Shown: piece by piece, positions 45,158 through 54,400 of the stretch
How the letters are laid out: each line of letters opens with the position of its first letter
Numbering within the stretch: the first letter of the stretch is position 1
DNA from: a virus
Taxonomy: Duplodnaviria > Caudoviricetes
Reading direction: 5' to 3' (one strand)
Virus record (IMG/VR): IMGVR_UViG_2928716645_000002
Location: 1-64,000 of that record
Length of the DNA stretch: 64,000 nt
Position numbers and translations under genes: made by a program
Notes under the pieces: model-generated
What the model was told of the DNA's origin: nothing
Seen by the model: the letters and a program-made list of their open reading frames with translations, nothing else
Databases searched by the model: none

Positions 45158-46639
45158 CTATTCGACGTACTCGAAGCGATCGAGCAGGATGTGCGCGTTG
45201 GTCGCGACGTCCTGCGCGGCCTGGTAATCGAAGTCGGCCATGACCTGCGTGTTCTTGGCCGTGGCCTGCGGGTTGCCGCCACCGCGATAAACCGCTCGCG
45301 GCACCTGCCAGATCAGCGCCTGGCCGTTCTTCTGAACCCGCGAGTTGATATTGCGGGGGGTACCGTTCCGGAACGCCAACACCTCGGTCAGGCTGCCGAA
45401 ATAGGTCGTCAGCTTGCCGGTGACGGTGCATTCGCCGTCATCCAGCCCAACCGGCGCGTCGGAGTCGACCGCGTCCAGCGCCTGCAGATTGTTGTTGATC
45501 TGGACCGAGAAGCCCTTGGCCCAGTTCGGCGAGCCGAGTTGCGCCTGGTTGACACCGAGACGGCCGACGTTCGCATTGGCCGCCATGACGACACCCGTCG
45601 TCACCGGATCCGGGGTCGCGTCGAGCGTCACAGTCGTCTCGTCACCGCCGAGGCCCAAGAAATCCGCGGACCACTTCAGCTTGTCGCCGCTCTGCATGTC
45701 GACGTTGAAGGTGTTCACCCGCATGCCGAGATACTTGATGAACGCCGGCGTCTGCATGCCGAGAAAGCCCTTCTCGATAGTCATCGTGTTGGGCGTGACG
45801 CCGTTCTTGATCTGGTCGCTGACGAAAACCGAGATCGTCTTGCCGGTGCCGGGATCGGCTGCCCAGCCCGACGGCAGATTGTCCAGTGTCAGTTTGTTGG
45901 CGGCGATCGCAGCGATGCGCGCGTAAGCCGCATTCCGAGCCTTGGCGCCGGCGGTGACCAGGAAGGCGAACGTCGAAGCGTCGGCGGTGCCGCCAACCTT
46001 GATCCACTGTCCGACAGCGAGACCGAGCGTGGTGAAATCGAGGGTCGTGGACCCCAGCCCGTCGACCAGCGCCGTGACGTCGCTGGCGACACCGGCGAAA
46101 CCGACCACCTTGAGCCGTGCGGTACCTGGAGGCGCCGCCTCCGCGACCATGCCGGCGCCGCCGACAACGGTGGTGCCCGTGGACGCCGAGGCGCGGAAGA
46201 TCTGGTTGTTCGCCGCCTGGCCGAAGCCGGTCGCGCGCACCAGCATGCCGATCTTCACCGCGGCACCGCCCGACACCACGGCATAGGTGCTCGCCGTGGT
46301 GCCGGCATCGGTGACGACGCTGTCCGCGGTGCCATCGTTGAAGAACACCGGGGCATTCACCCACGTATTCTCGAACGCCGACATGAGGAGTTCGGACAGC
46401 GGCGAGCCATCGTCGGGGAAGGAGATCTCGCCGTTGATGCCGCCGTTGGTCGTCTCGTTCGTCTTGATCGGATCGCCGAGCATGCGGTCATCGCGGATCT
46501 CTTCCGAGTCCACATACGTCGGCGCCAGGGAAAGCGACTCGCCGGTCATCCTGACCTTGCGCATGCGCGGCGTCGTCGGGGTGACGCCGGGCGTGGTCTC
46601 CCGAACGAGAGCGAGTTGCGTACGGTTGGATGAGGTCAC
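45158..46639 (-). CDS. major tail tube protein
   Basis: SNRTQL..ETTPG..MTGESL..SEEIR; synteny. Confidence 0.82.
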   Translation of the reverse strand: MTSSNRTQLALVRETTPGVTPTTPRMRKVRMTGESLSLAPTYVDSEEIRDDRMLGDPIKTNETTNGGINGEISFPDDGSPLSELLMSAFENTWVNAPVFFNDGTADSVVTDAGTTASTYAVVSGGAAVKIGMLVRATGFGQAANNQIFRASASTGTTVVGGAGMVAEAAPPGTARLKVVGFAGVASDVTALVDGLGSTTLDFTTLGLAVGQWIKVGGTADASTFAFLVTAGAKARNAAYARIAAIAANKLTLDNLPSGWAADPGTGKTISVFVSDQIKNGVTPNTMTIEKGFLGMQTPAFIKYLGMRVNTFNVDMQSGDKLKWSADFLGLGGDETTVTLDATPDPVTTGVVMAANANVGRLGVNQAQLGSPNWAKGFSVQINNNLQALDAVDSDAPVGLDDGECTVTGKLTTYFGSLTEVLAFRNGTPRNINSRVQKNGQALIWQVPRAVYRGGGNPQATAKNTQVMADFDYQAAQDVATNAHILLDRFEYVE

Positions 46640-46706
46640 GGCGTTCTCCCAATGAAAAAGGCGCCCGATGGGGCGCCTTGCGTGAGGTCAGCGATGGTTG
46701 GTGGGG

Positions 46707-46952
46707 TTACTTCTCGGAGGTCGCCGGGGCCGCTGGCGGGCTCGTCTCGAGTTTGTTCGGCGGCACGATCACCGGAGCCGGCATCGGCACCGACTTCTCG
46801 TCCTTCTCCTTGATGAAGCCGCGCGACTCCAGCGTCTCGATGCTGTGCGGCTCGAGGTTGTCGTCGGTCTTGACGACGTTGCTGCGCTCATCATCGGGCT
46901 TGAAGCGGCGGTTCACTGTGTTGAATGCCTTCAGGACGGAGTACTCGGTCAT
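46707..46952 (-). CDS. hypothetical protein
   Basis: AGGAG SD; neck region. Confidence 0.5.
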   Translation of the reverse strand: MTEYSVLKAFNTVNRRFKPDDERSNVVKTDDNLEPHSIETLESRGFIKEKDEKSVPMPAPVIVPPNKLETSPPAAPATSEK

Positions 46953-46965
46953 GGGCTCATGTCTC

Positions 46966-47439
46966 CTATTGGGCTTCTCGCAAGCCCCATTCGATGCTGG
47001 CGGACAGCAGGTAATAGTTCCCGTTCTCAGCGCCGGGATCACCCGCGGCCAGGTCAGCGGCCAAGAACTCCAGTCGGTCTTCCAGCAGCGTCAGCCCGCG
47101 GAACATCCGGACGAGCCCCTTCGCGATGCGCCGCGCCGCGACGGCACCGGTTTTGCGAGGCGTGAAGACGTGAAACCAGAGCGTGCCTTCCTCGTCCCAG
47201 CGATTGTCGCCGGCGCCCTCGCCGCCGCCGATGGTTTCCTGGCCGTAGAAGGACGAAACCAGCATGACGAGCACCCACGCCGATATCTCGCCGCTCGGCG
47301 CGCTGTCGCCCTCGTTTTCGTAGACCAGCGGCGCGACGCTGAAATCCCATTGCCCTGGGACCAGGCTGTTGGTCTCGAGATCGACATAGCCGAGGAGCGC
47401 GCGGAGCGCGTCGAACACCTCATCGTTGGGCAGATCCAT
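46966..47439 (-). CDS. tail terminator-like protein
   Basis: YENEG...G.LWFHVFTP..G; synteny. Confidence 0.6.
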   Translation of the reverse strand: MDLPNDEVFDALRALLGYVDLETNSLVPGQWDFSVAPLVYENEGDSAPSGEISAWVLVMLVSSFYGQETIGGGEGAGDNRWDEEGTLWFHVFTPRKTGAVAARRIAKGLVRMFRGLTLLEDRLEFLAADLAAGDPGAENGNYYLLSASIEWGLREAQ

Positions 47440-48092
47440 CAGGACACCTTCATCGACAGCACCAGCGCCGGATAGGTCATCTGCGCGCCGGCCATGGTGT
47501 CGGGCCGCAGCTTTCGGCGCGCATATGGCCGATAGCCCCGCCGGAATTGGCCCTTCAGGATGTAGCCACCCGGCAGCGGGATCAGCGTGCGCTTCGCCGT
47601 AACGAAGTTGCCGAACCGCGCCATAAGGGCCTTCTTGACGTCTTCGATGATGCCCGGCGGCACCGACATCCGCATGTGACCGACATCGATCTTGCGGCTG
47701 TACGGCCGGTTGTTGGTCAGGATCACGGTCGCATTGAGCGGAATTTCGTCGAAGCTCTTCACGATGCCGCCGGGCGTCATGATGAACCAAGATCGTTTGT
47801 AGTCGCCCGAGTCTTCCGGTGAGCGCTCCACCGCAGTCTGAAGCGCGTACTCGACGATTTCGCGCCACCAACGGAAGACATACAGGATCGGGCCCGGCGG
47901 CGTGACGGTCTCTTCTTCGGCGTCGAGCCGACCGTTGACGTATTTGTCGTACCGCTCCGAGCCGATGCCTTCCTGGATCGCCTTCGACAATTCGGAGCGC
48001 GCGAAGGCGGCCATTTCCTTGGCGATGTTCTCCGGTGCGATCCCCGCAGTTGCGAACTTGAGATCCCGCTCAAACGTCGAGATGCGGGGCAT
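47439..48092 (-). CDS. neck / tail completion protein
   Basis: SP.DSGDYKRSW...NNRPYSRKI. Confidence 0.6.
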   Translation of the reverse strand: MPRISTFERDLKFATAGIAPENIAKEMAAFARSELSKAIQEGIGSERYDKYVNGRLDAEEETVTPPGPILYVFRWWREIVEYALQTAVERSPEDSGDYKRSWFIMTPGGIVKSFDEIPLNATVILTNNRPYSRKIDVGHMRMSVPPGIIEDVKKALMARFGNFVTAKRTLIPLPGGYILKGQFRRGYRPYARRKLRPDTMAGAQMTYPALVLSMKVS

Positions 48093-48094
48093 TT

Positions 48095-48475
48095 CTAGCC
48101 GTCCACGATCATCTTGACGCGAACGATCTCGCTATCGACCGCTATCGGATCGACCGATTTCACCGTCTTGGCGCCCCCTTTGACTATGGCGACATCGCCA
48201 ATGACCGGGATAGCGGGATCAACGTTAAAGGGGGGCGCGGCCGGAGCTGGAGCGTGTTGCGGCCAACCATCTGCCCGGATCTGCGTCATGGAGATGATCA
48301 CGACGAACGGCTGCTTGTAGATTCCGGCTGCAATGGCCTCGGCGTTCAGGCGATAGCTGCGGACATGCGCCCGTACGTTGACCTCGTCCTTGTGAGCGCC
48401 GATGACGCGGCGAAGAACGACATCTTCACCCTCGTCCGCCAGCGATGCGTCCAGATCGTCGATGTGATCCGACAT
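48095..48475 (-). CDS. head-tail joining protein
   Basis: synteny. Confidence 0.55.
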   Translation of the reverse strand: MSDHIDDLDASLADEGEDVVLRRVIGAHKDEVNVRAHVRSYRLNAEAIAAGIYKQPFVVIISMTQIRADGWPQHAPAPAAPPFNVDPAIPVIGDVAIVKGGAKTVKSVDPIAVDSEIVRVKMIVDG

Positions 48476-48477
48476 GG

Positions 48478-49167
48478 CTATGCCGCAAGCGCAACGTAGC
48501 GCCACTGGTCGAGAGTGGCGGCGATTTCCGGCGGGAGCGTAGAACTGCCTGGCGTTCCTCCGACCCAGAATACCTTCCGGTCCACGTCGACCACCTCGAT
48601 CTCCTTGAGGAGAGGATCGCGCTTCCGCGCGGAGCGGGCTCCCTTGACGAGATCAATGACCGCCTTCTCGATATCGTAGGGCAACGTGCGATCGTTACCT
48701 GCGTCCTGCAGTCGGTAGCCTGCGGTGAACGAGACCACCACCTTGTGGCAACCATGCCAGGAGGAGACCCTGTCGTTTCGAAGCCGCGATAGCAGGCCGG
48801 CCGCACCGTCGATTTCGAAATCGGCCTCTTGGAGCGCAGTGTCGCCGACAACAACCGAGGCCACCGCGGTCACGGGGCGCCTGGCCAAGATCAAATGCCG
48901 GCGCGGGTTCGCCGCACCGACGCCGCTAAACCTCCGAATCCCGTGATCCTCGAAGCGAAACGTCTGGACCAACTCCTCCGAAGCCAGCGTCATCGAGCCA
49001 TCGGACGCCTGCGGCACCCGGAGATAGGCGCAAACCGCGGCCGAGGCCTGATTTATCTTCTCCGTCAGGTACGCGTCCTCGGCAGATCCGGAAATTCCGA
49101 GGTCAGCCTTCACGGCCTCAAGCGTGGTGAGCGCTTTCGTGGCGGCCGGTGTCGCGACGGTGAACAT
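48478..49167 (-). CDS. head-tail adaptor
   Basis: LTTLEAVKADL...FTAGY...LPYDIEKA. Confidence 0.75.
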   Translation of the reverse strand: MFTVATPAATKALTTLEAVKADLGISGSAEDAYLTEKINQASAAVCAYLRVPQASDGSMTLASEELVQTFRFEDHGIRRFSGVGAANPRRHLILARRPVTAVASVVVGDTALQEADFEIDGAAGLLSRLRNDRVSSWHGCHKVVVSFTAGYRLQDAGNDRTLPYDIEKAVIDLVKGARSARKRDPLLKEIEVVDVDRKVFWVGGTPGSSTLPPEIAATLDQWRYVALAA

Positions 49168-49189
49168 CGGCGCCTCGCGCTACCAGATC

Positions 49190-49660
49190 CTAAGCAATCG
49201 GAGTCGCGCCGTCGCCGGCGATCTGGCCGTCGGGGCTTTTGACTTCGCTCTGCGGGGACGGAACATCGAGACCGAGCGCCTCGAGCGCGCGCTGAATGGC
49301 CGAGATCACCTCGGCTTCCGACGTCGCCGCCGCGATGTCGATCTTGTGCTCGGCGGCGATGGCTTCGAGTTGCGCATGCGTCAGAAGAGCGAGCTTTGCA
49401 GTCGCCTCGTCACGCTTGGCCTGCAGTTCGGCAGCGGCTTGAACGCGCGCCTGCTCTTCCTCGAGCAATCTTGCGGCCTCATCGTCCTCGACACCGCGGT
49501 CCATCTTGGATTCGCGGGTCTCTTTGGCCCATTTTTCGGCGATCGCAGCCTCGGCAAGCGCACCGGAGACCTCCTCACCGACCAAAATCTGACGCGGATA
49601 GACGCTGCCATCTTCGACGCCGGAGAATTCCTTTGTGACCTTTGCGCGGATGAGGCTCAT
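49190..49660 (-). CDS. hypothetical head-associated protein
   Basis: ORF between capsid and adaptor genes. Confidence 0.55.
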   Translation of the reverse strand: MSLIRAKVTKEFSGVEDGSVYPRQILVGEEVSGALAEAAIAEKWAKETRESKMDRGVEDDEAARLLEEEQARVQAAAELQAKRDEATAKLALLTHAQLEAIAAEHKIDIAAATSEAEVISAIQRALEALGLDVPSPQSEVKSPDGQIAGDGATPIA

Positions 49661-49823
49661 GCTGATCTCTCATTTCTGGGCGAAAAATCGCGAAAAATGG
49701 CTCAAAATGAGCGATTTTTCGCGATTTTGGCTGTTTTTGGGTCAAAAGTCGCTGTTTTTGGCTTGTTTTCGGGCGTTCTCGGCCGGCTCCCGCGAACGAA
49801 AGCCGGCCGAGTTGAGCGCTGAA

Positions 49824-50267
49824 TTACGACACCGCCTGAACGACCGGCGCGTTGTTGGCGCCATCCAGGATGGCCATAGCGGCAAAAGCCGCGGCGCCAG
49901 CGTTGTTCGCCGGCGTGACAGTCAAGCGCGTGTAGCGCTTGCTGCCCCGATAGCCGAGCTTGCGGACCTGTCCGTCGCTATCGAACTTGAAACCGGCGGC
50001 CGTCAGCGGAGCGACGCCGACAGTCTCGCTGATCATGTCGCCATCGGCGACGGTGTTCGCGCCCGACATATCGGCATTGTTGCTCTCCTCGAGCAGAACG
50101 GCGAACGTCGCGTCGGCGTCGGCGACCGCGCCGATCTGGATGGCGTACGTCAGCCGGGTGAAGCCCTGGATGTCGATGATCGAACCGACCTGGGCGGTGT
50201 TGTCGGCAACCGAGACGGCCGCGAGGACCGCCTTCAACTGCATTCCATTGGCGCTATCGCGGCGCAT
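49824..50267 (-). CDS. head decoration/cement-like protein
   Basis: IDIQGF...GYRGSKRYTRL; directly after capsid gene. Confidence 0.65.
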   Translation of the reverse strand: MRRDSANGMQLKAVLAAVSVADNTAQVGSIIDIQGFTRLTYAIQIGAVADADATFAVLLEESNNADMSGANTVADGDMISETVGVAPLTAAGFKFDSDGQVRKLGYRGSKRYTRLTVTPANNAGAAAFAAMAILDGANNAPVVQAVS

Positions 50268-50368
50268 GTGCGTTTCCTTTCGGAATATGGGTGAAAATGC
50301 GGGGGAAGACTCTCGCGGCCCGCACCGAAGCGCGGACCGCCTGGCCCTTGGCGGACCGTCGGTCTCGG

Positions 50369-51787
50369 TTACGAGGCCGAGAACTTCAGAACCTTGATGG
50401 CCTCGAAGTTCTGGACGCCGCCGCCGACGCGCTTGGTCGTGTAGAAGAGGATGTACGGCTTGGCGGTGAACGGGTCGCGCAGAACGCGGATGCCGACGCG
50501 GTCGATGATCAGGTAACCGCGCTTGAAGTCACCGATCGCGATCGACGTGCTGTTCGCGCCGATGTCCGGCATGTCCGGCATCTCGACCGCCATGCGGCCG
50601 ATGATCTCCTCGACGAAGCCCTCCGGACGGAGAACCATGTTGAGCAGATAGTTGCCCTGGCCGTCCTTCAGCTTCCGGACGGCGCCGAGCGTCTTGCGGT
50701 TCGCAACCCAGGTCGAGTTGTTGCGGTAGAGCGTCTTGAGCGAGTGATAGAGGTCGATCAAGCAGTCCGCGCCCTTCGGCGGGGTGTCGTCGGTCTTGAA
50801 CGCGCCCGCGGCACCGGTCGGGACGTACCCGATCTTGCCCCATGCGTACGCGGTGTCGGCGACGATCGGGTAGCCGCCGATGAAGCCGGCCGGCTTGAGG
50901 ACGCCGTCACCTGAGATGAAGGCAACACCCTCCTTCTGGGCGAACTCCAACTGGACTTCGCCGGCAAGCCAGGTGGCGATGTCCATGAAGGAGTCGTCGA
51001 GCAGGCTCTGCGAAGCCGCCGGCATGGCGTACATTTCCATGATCGGGAACTTCAGCTCGGCGAGATTCGCGCCCGCGGTCTGCGAGCGGGAATCCGTCTC
51101 GCCGACCCAGCCCGACGCGGTGCCGTGCTGGTTGACCAGCTTCTTGTACTCGGCGGTGCCGATCTGGCGGACCGTCGCCAGGTCGCGCATCGGCGAGATC
51201 TCCTTCACGACCTCGTTGATCGTCTGCTCGATCTCCGGCAGGACGGTGTAGCCGCCGTCGGGATCGGAGCCGACGGTCATCGCCGCCTTGACCTCCAACT
51301 GGCGGAAGGCATGCTCGCCGCCGACGGCACCCTCACCGCGGCGGAAGTAGGTGTTGAACGCCTTGGCATACGCCGCGTAGCCCTCGTTCTGAGTCCGCGG
51401 GTCGACCTTGGCGCCGCCCTGGCCGCCGCTGACCGTGAGCGCGGCCTGCTTCTCGTTCAGCTTGTCGATCTCGGCGGCGATCTTGTCGACCTTGGCGCCG
51501 ATCTCCTTCTGGGTCTTGACCGCTTCGTCGACAGCAGCGTTGACCTTGTCGACCTTCTCGGCGGTGACGGCGTCCGCCTTACCCTTCAGGGCCTCATCGT
51601 TCGAGGCCTTGAAGTCGGCGAAGATCTTCTCGAGCCCCGCGAATGCCTTGGCCTGGTCGGTCTTGAAGTTGCCGAGGTCGGTGGTGAGCTGCTGCAGCAC
51701 CTCCGCCGGACTCGCATCAGCGCGCACGCGGCCGGCGAGGATCGCTCGCGGCATAGCGGTGCCGCTCAGCATGACGCTCTTGGTCAT
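50369..51787 (-). CDS. major capsid protein (HK97 family)
   Basis: GSDPDGGYTV, ISPMR, SQSLLDDS, GDFKRGY, KRVGGGV. Confidence 0.95.
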   Translation of the reverse strand: MTKSVMLSGTAMPRAILAGRVRADASPAEVLQQLTTDLGNFKTDQAKAFAGLEKIFADFKASNDEALKGKADAVTAEKVDKVNAAVDEAVKTQKEIGAKVDKIAAEIDKLNEKQAALTVSGGQGGAKVDPRTQNEGYAAYAKAFNTYFRRGEGAVGGEHAFRQLEVKAAMTVGSDPDGGYTVLPEIEQTINEVVKEISPMRDLATVRQIGTAEYKKLVNQHGTASGWVGETDSRSQTAGANLAELKFPIMEMYAMPAASQSLLDDSFMDIATWLAGEVQLEFAQKEGVAFISGDGVLKPAGFIGGYPIVADTAYAWGKIGYVPTGAAGAFKTDDTPPKGADCLIDLYHSLKTLYRNNSTWVANRKTLGAVRKLKDGQGNYLLNMVLRPEGFVEEIIGRMAVEMPDMPDIGANSTSIAIGDFKRGYLIIDRVGIRVLRDPFTAKPYILFYTTKRVGGGVQNFEAIKVLKFSAS

Positions 51788-51827
51788 GACGTTCTCCTGA
51801 TCTGTGATGTGGTGGTGATGGGTGTCG

Positions 51828-52826
51828 TTAAGCCTTCAGCGACTGGCTGAGCGCGAGCGCGCCCTTGATCCAATCGTTGTTGCCAGCGTCATGCGTGGCA
51901 GCAGCGGCAGCGTCTTGCGTACCGCTATTCTCTCGGGCAGCAGCGTCTGGCTTGCCGCCTTTGATCTCCTGCAGAAGGGCGCGCGCCTGGCTGCGCGACA
52001 TGCCGCCTTCCTTGGTCAGCAAGGACTCGACTTTGCGGACCGAATTGAACTGCGCGGCCGCTTTCGTGGCCGCCGGATCCTCGGTGAGGGAGTCCTTCGA
52101 CATCAACGCAGTGGCAAATCCGAGCTTGATCGCCTGCTCCGCCGAGAAGAAGGTCTCCTCGTCCATCCAATTTTCGATCTTCGACGCCTTCTCTCCGGTG
52201 CGGCGCGCGTAGATGTCGCGCAGCGCGTAATCGAACGGCTCGAGGTAGTCGGCGCACTCCTGCATGTCGTGGCGATTGCCGATCGCGATGACCCATGCGT
52301 TGTGGATCATGATGAAGGCGCCCTCGCCCATCAGACGCTCGTCACCGGCCATCGCGATGATGCTCGCGGCCGATGCGGCCAGGGCGAGCACCTTCACCGT
52401 GATCTTGCCCTTGTATTGCCGGAGCGTGTTGTAGATCGCGATGCCCTCGAACATATCGCCGCCAGGGCTGTTGATCTGGACTTCGCAGGGCTCGTCGTTG
52501 AACTTCGCGAGCTCGGTGGACACGGACTTCTCGGTGATGCCGCCACCCGTCCACCAGTCGTAGCCAATGACGTCATCGATCTTGATGATGTTCTTGGTGT
52601 CCTGGTTGACCGGGCGGATTCCGGCCTTCCACTTCGTGAGAATGTCCTCACTGGGCGGAGCCGACGCGATATCGGTGCGCGGCTTGATGTCGATCCGCGG
52701 GGGCCGCGCGTTGATGGTGATCACGTCAGCTCCGCCCTCGGCGCCGGCCGCACCATCGTCTGTCGCCAGAATCGCGGCAGCATCGAGTACCGCGCGCGCA
52801 TGCGCCCGTTGGTTCTTGTCAGCCAT
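51828..52826 (-). CDS. ClpP-type prohead protease
   Basis: INSPGGD, LAASAASII, MIHN, ETFFSAEQAI. Confidence 0.9.
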   Translation of the reverse strand: MADKNQRAHARAVLDAAAILATDDGAAGAEGGADVITINARPPRIDIKPRTDIASAPPSEDILTKWKAGIRPVNQDTKNIIKIDDVIGYDWWTGGGITEKSVSTELAKFNDEPCEVQINSPGGDMFEGIAIYNTLRQYKGKITVKVLALAASAASIIAMAGDERLMGEGAFIMIHNAWVIAIGNRHDMQECADYLEPFDYALRDIYARRTGEKASKIENWMDEETFFSAEQAIKLGFATALMSKDSLTEDPAATKAAAQFNSVRKVESLLTKEGGMSRSQARALLQEIKGGKPDAAARENSGTQDAAAAATHDAGNNDWIKGALALSQSLKA

Positions 52827-52841
52827 GGGGGATCCAGTTCG

Positions 52842-54152
52842 TTACGGTTTGGTGGGGTCTTCGGACGGGTCATCCAGCGGCGGGCCGCCGTTGTGTCCCA
52901 GCATCGCGGCCATCGCCGCTGCGGCGTCTGAGCCGGCGGGCACCATGTTCGTTGGCTGGAGATAGATGTCTCCGCCTTCGACCGGGTCCATGTCTTCCTT
53001 TTCGCGGATATCGTTGACCGACAGCCATCCCCACTGGCGTCCGACGGCATAGGCCGCGTAGCGGGTCTTGATGTCGCCCCGGATCAGGCCGGCCGGATTG
53101 AACCGGACGTAGACCGTCGGATCGGCGTCACCGAGCAGATCGCGACGGATCGATTCCGCCCACATCGTTAGGTAGTCCTGCAGCGTGTAGGCGACGAACG
53201 CGGAGCCGATCTGCTCGATGCCGCTGCCCCAGGATGTCGTCTTCGACGTCAGACCGATCAGGTGCGGCGGGACGCCGAACCGCATCGCGATGTCGTACTG
53301 CGTCAACTCCATGATCTGGAGCAGTTGCGCGTCGACCGACGTCATGGCGATGCGCGCGTATTCGAGGCCGTCCTCGAGCAGCAGCAGCTTTTGCGCGTTG
53401 TCGGCGCCGCGGAATTCCTCGAGGCTCGCCTTCAATCGAGCAACTTCGGGGTCCGTCAGCGACTTCGGATGCTTCAGAACGCCGCCGGGGACAGCTCCGT
53501 TCTTAAATATCTTCGCCGCATACTTCTGCGCCTGGATCGAAAGACCGATCTCCTCCGCGGCGTAGCCAATGACGGAGAGGCCCCGGACACCGTCGATCGA
53601 CATGCCGCGCAGGTGGAAGATGTCGTCCTGCGTCAGATCGACTGTGCCGCCCGCCTTTGACGTGTAGACGTACTTCAGCGACAGATCGGCATTCTGCGAG
53701 ACCTGAACGCTGCCCGGCATCAGCGGAATCAGCGACTTGATCTTGCCGAGGGACCGAACCTTCAGCGCGTAGCCGTTGCCGCGGAGCAGGACGCTGAGCT
53801 GCATCATGCTCTTGAACTCGCTGGGGGTCTGCCACGAGTTCGGCTTGACCTGCAACACGTTCCAGAGCGGATGATCGTCGGCATCGATCCGCTTTTTGGG
53901 GTCGACCCGGCGCTTGAAATCGAGCGGCATCGATTTGACGGCGCTCGCGAGAATGTTGGCGCAGCGATACGCCGTCGTGACGCGCATCGCGCCTTCCGGC
54001 GTGAACATCGCGCCGGACTCGCTCGTCAACCCGCCGCGAAGGAATTCGACCAGGCGCGGATCGGTGAGATCGATCGACTCGCCAACGTCTCCGGCCGCTC
54101 GAGGCGCCGCCGGCGCGACACCGCGAGGTGAAAGCGACTTAAGCAGCCCCAT
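52842..54152 (-). CDS. portal protein (HK97 family)
   Basis: KPNSWQT, LRGNGYA, IFHLR, FKNGA.PGG, FGVPPHLIG. Confidence 0.95.
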   Translation of the reverse strand: MGLLKSLSPRGVAPAAPRAAGDVGESIDLTDPRLVEFLRGGLTSESGAMFTPEGAMRVTTAYRCANILASAVKSMPLDFKRRVDPKKRIDADDHPLWNVLQVKPNSWQTPSEFKSMMQLSVLLRGNGYALKVRSLGKIKSLIPLMPGSVQVSQNADLSLKYVYTSKAGGTVDLTQDDIFHLRGMSIDGVRGLSVIGYAAEEIGLSIQAQKYAAKIFKNGAVPGGVLKHPKSLTDPEVARLKASLEEFRGADNAQKLLLLEDGLEYARIAMTSVDAQLLQIMELTQYDIAMRFGVPPHLIGLTSKTTSWGSGIEQIGSAFVAYTLQDYLTMWAESIRRDLLGDADPTVYVRFNPAGLIRGDIKTRYAAYAVGRQWGWLSVNDIREKEDMDPVEGGDIYLQPTNMVPAGSDAAAAMAAMLGHNGGPPLDDPSEDPTKP

Positions 54153-54382
54153 TAGCGAGCACCAAACGTTGCGACCGCAACGAAGATCGCGCCAGGTACG
54201 GTATAGGCGAGCGGCGGGTAGACCTGATACAGGCCGTATCCGAGCAACGCGGTTCCGCCGAACAACATGGCGTCGCGCAGATCGAACGGCGCGACGATCG
54301 CGGCGCCTGCAGCGAGCAGACCGCGTCCAACGGCTCGAGCGGCCCTCGCCGGCGCCGTAACTATTCGCTGCCAGCGTGACAT
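54152..54382 (-). CDS. small membrane protein
   Basis: hydrophobic; between terminase and portal. Confidence 0.55.
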   Translation of the reverse strand: MSRWQRIVTAPARAARAVGRGLLAAGAAIVAPFDLRDAMLFGGTALLGYGLYQVYPPLAYTVPGAIFVAVATFGAR

Positions 54383-54400
54383 TCGGCCCTGCCTGTATGC

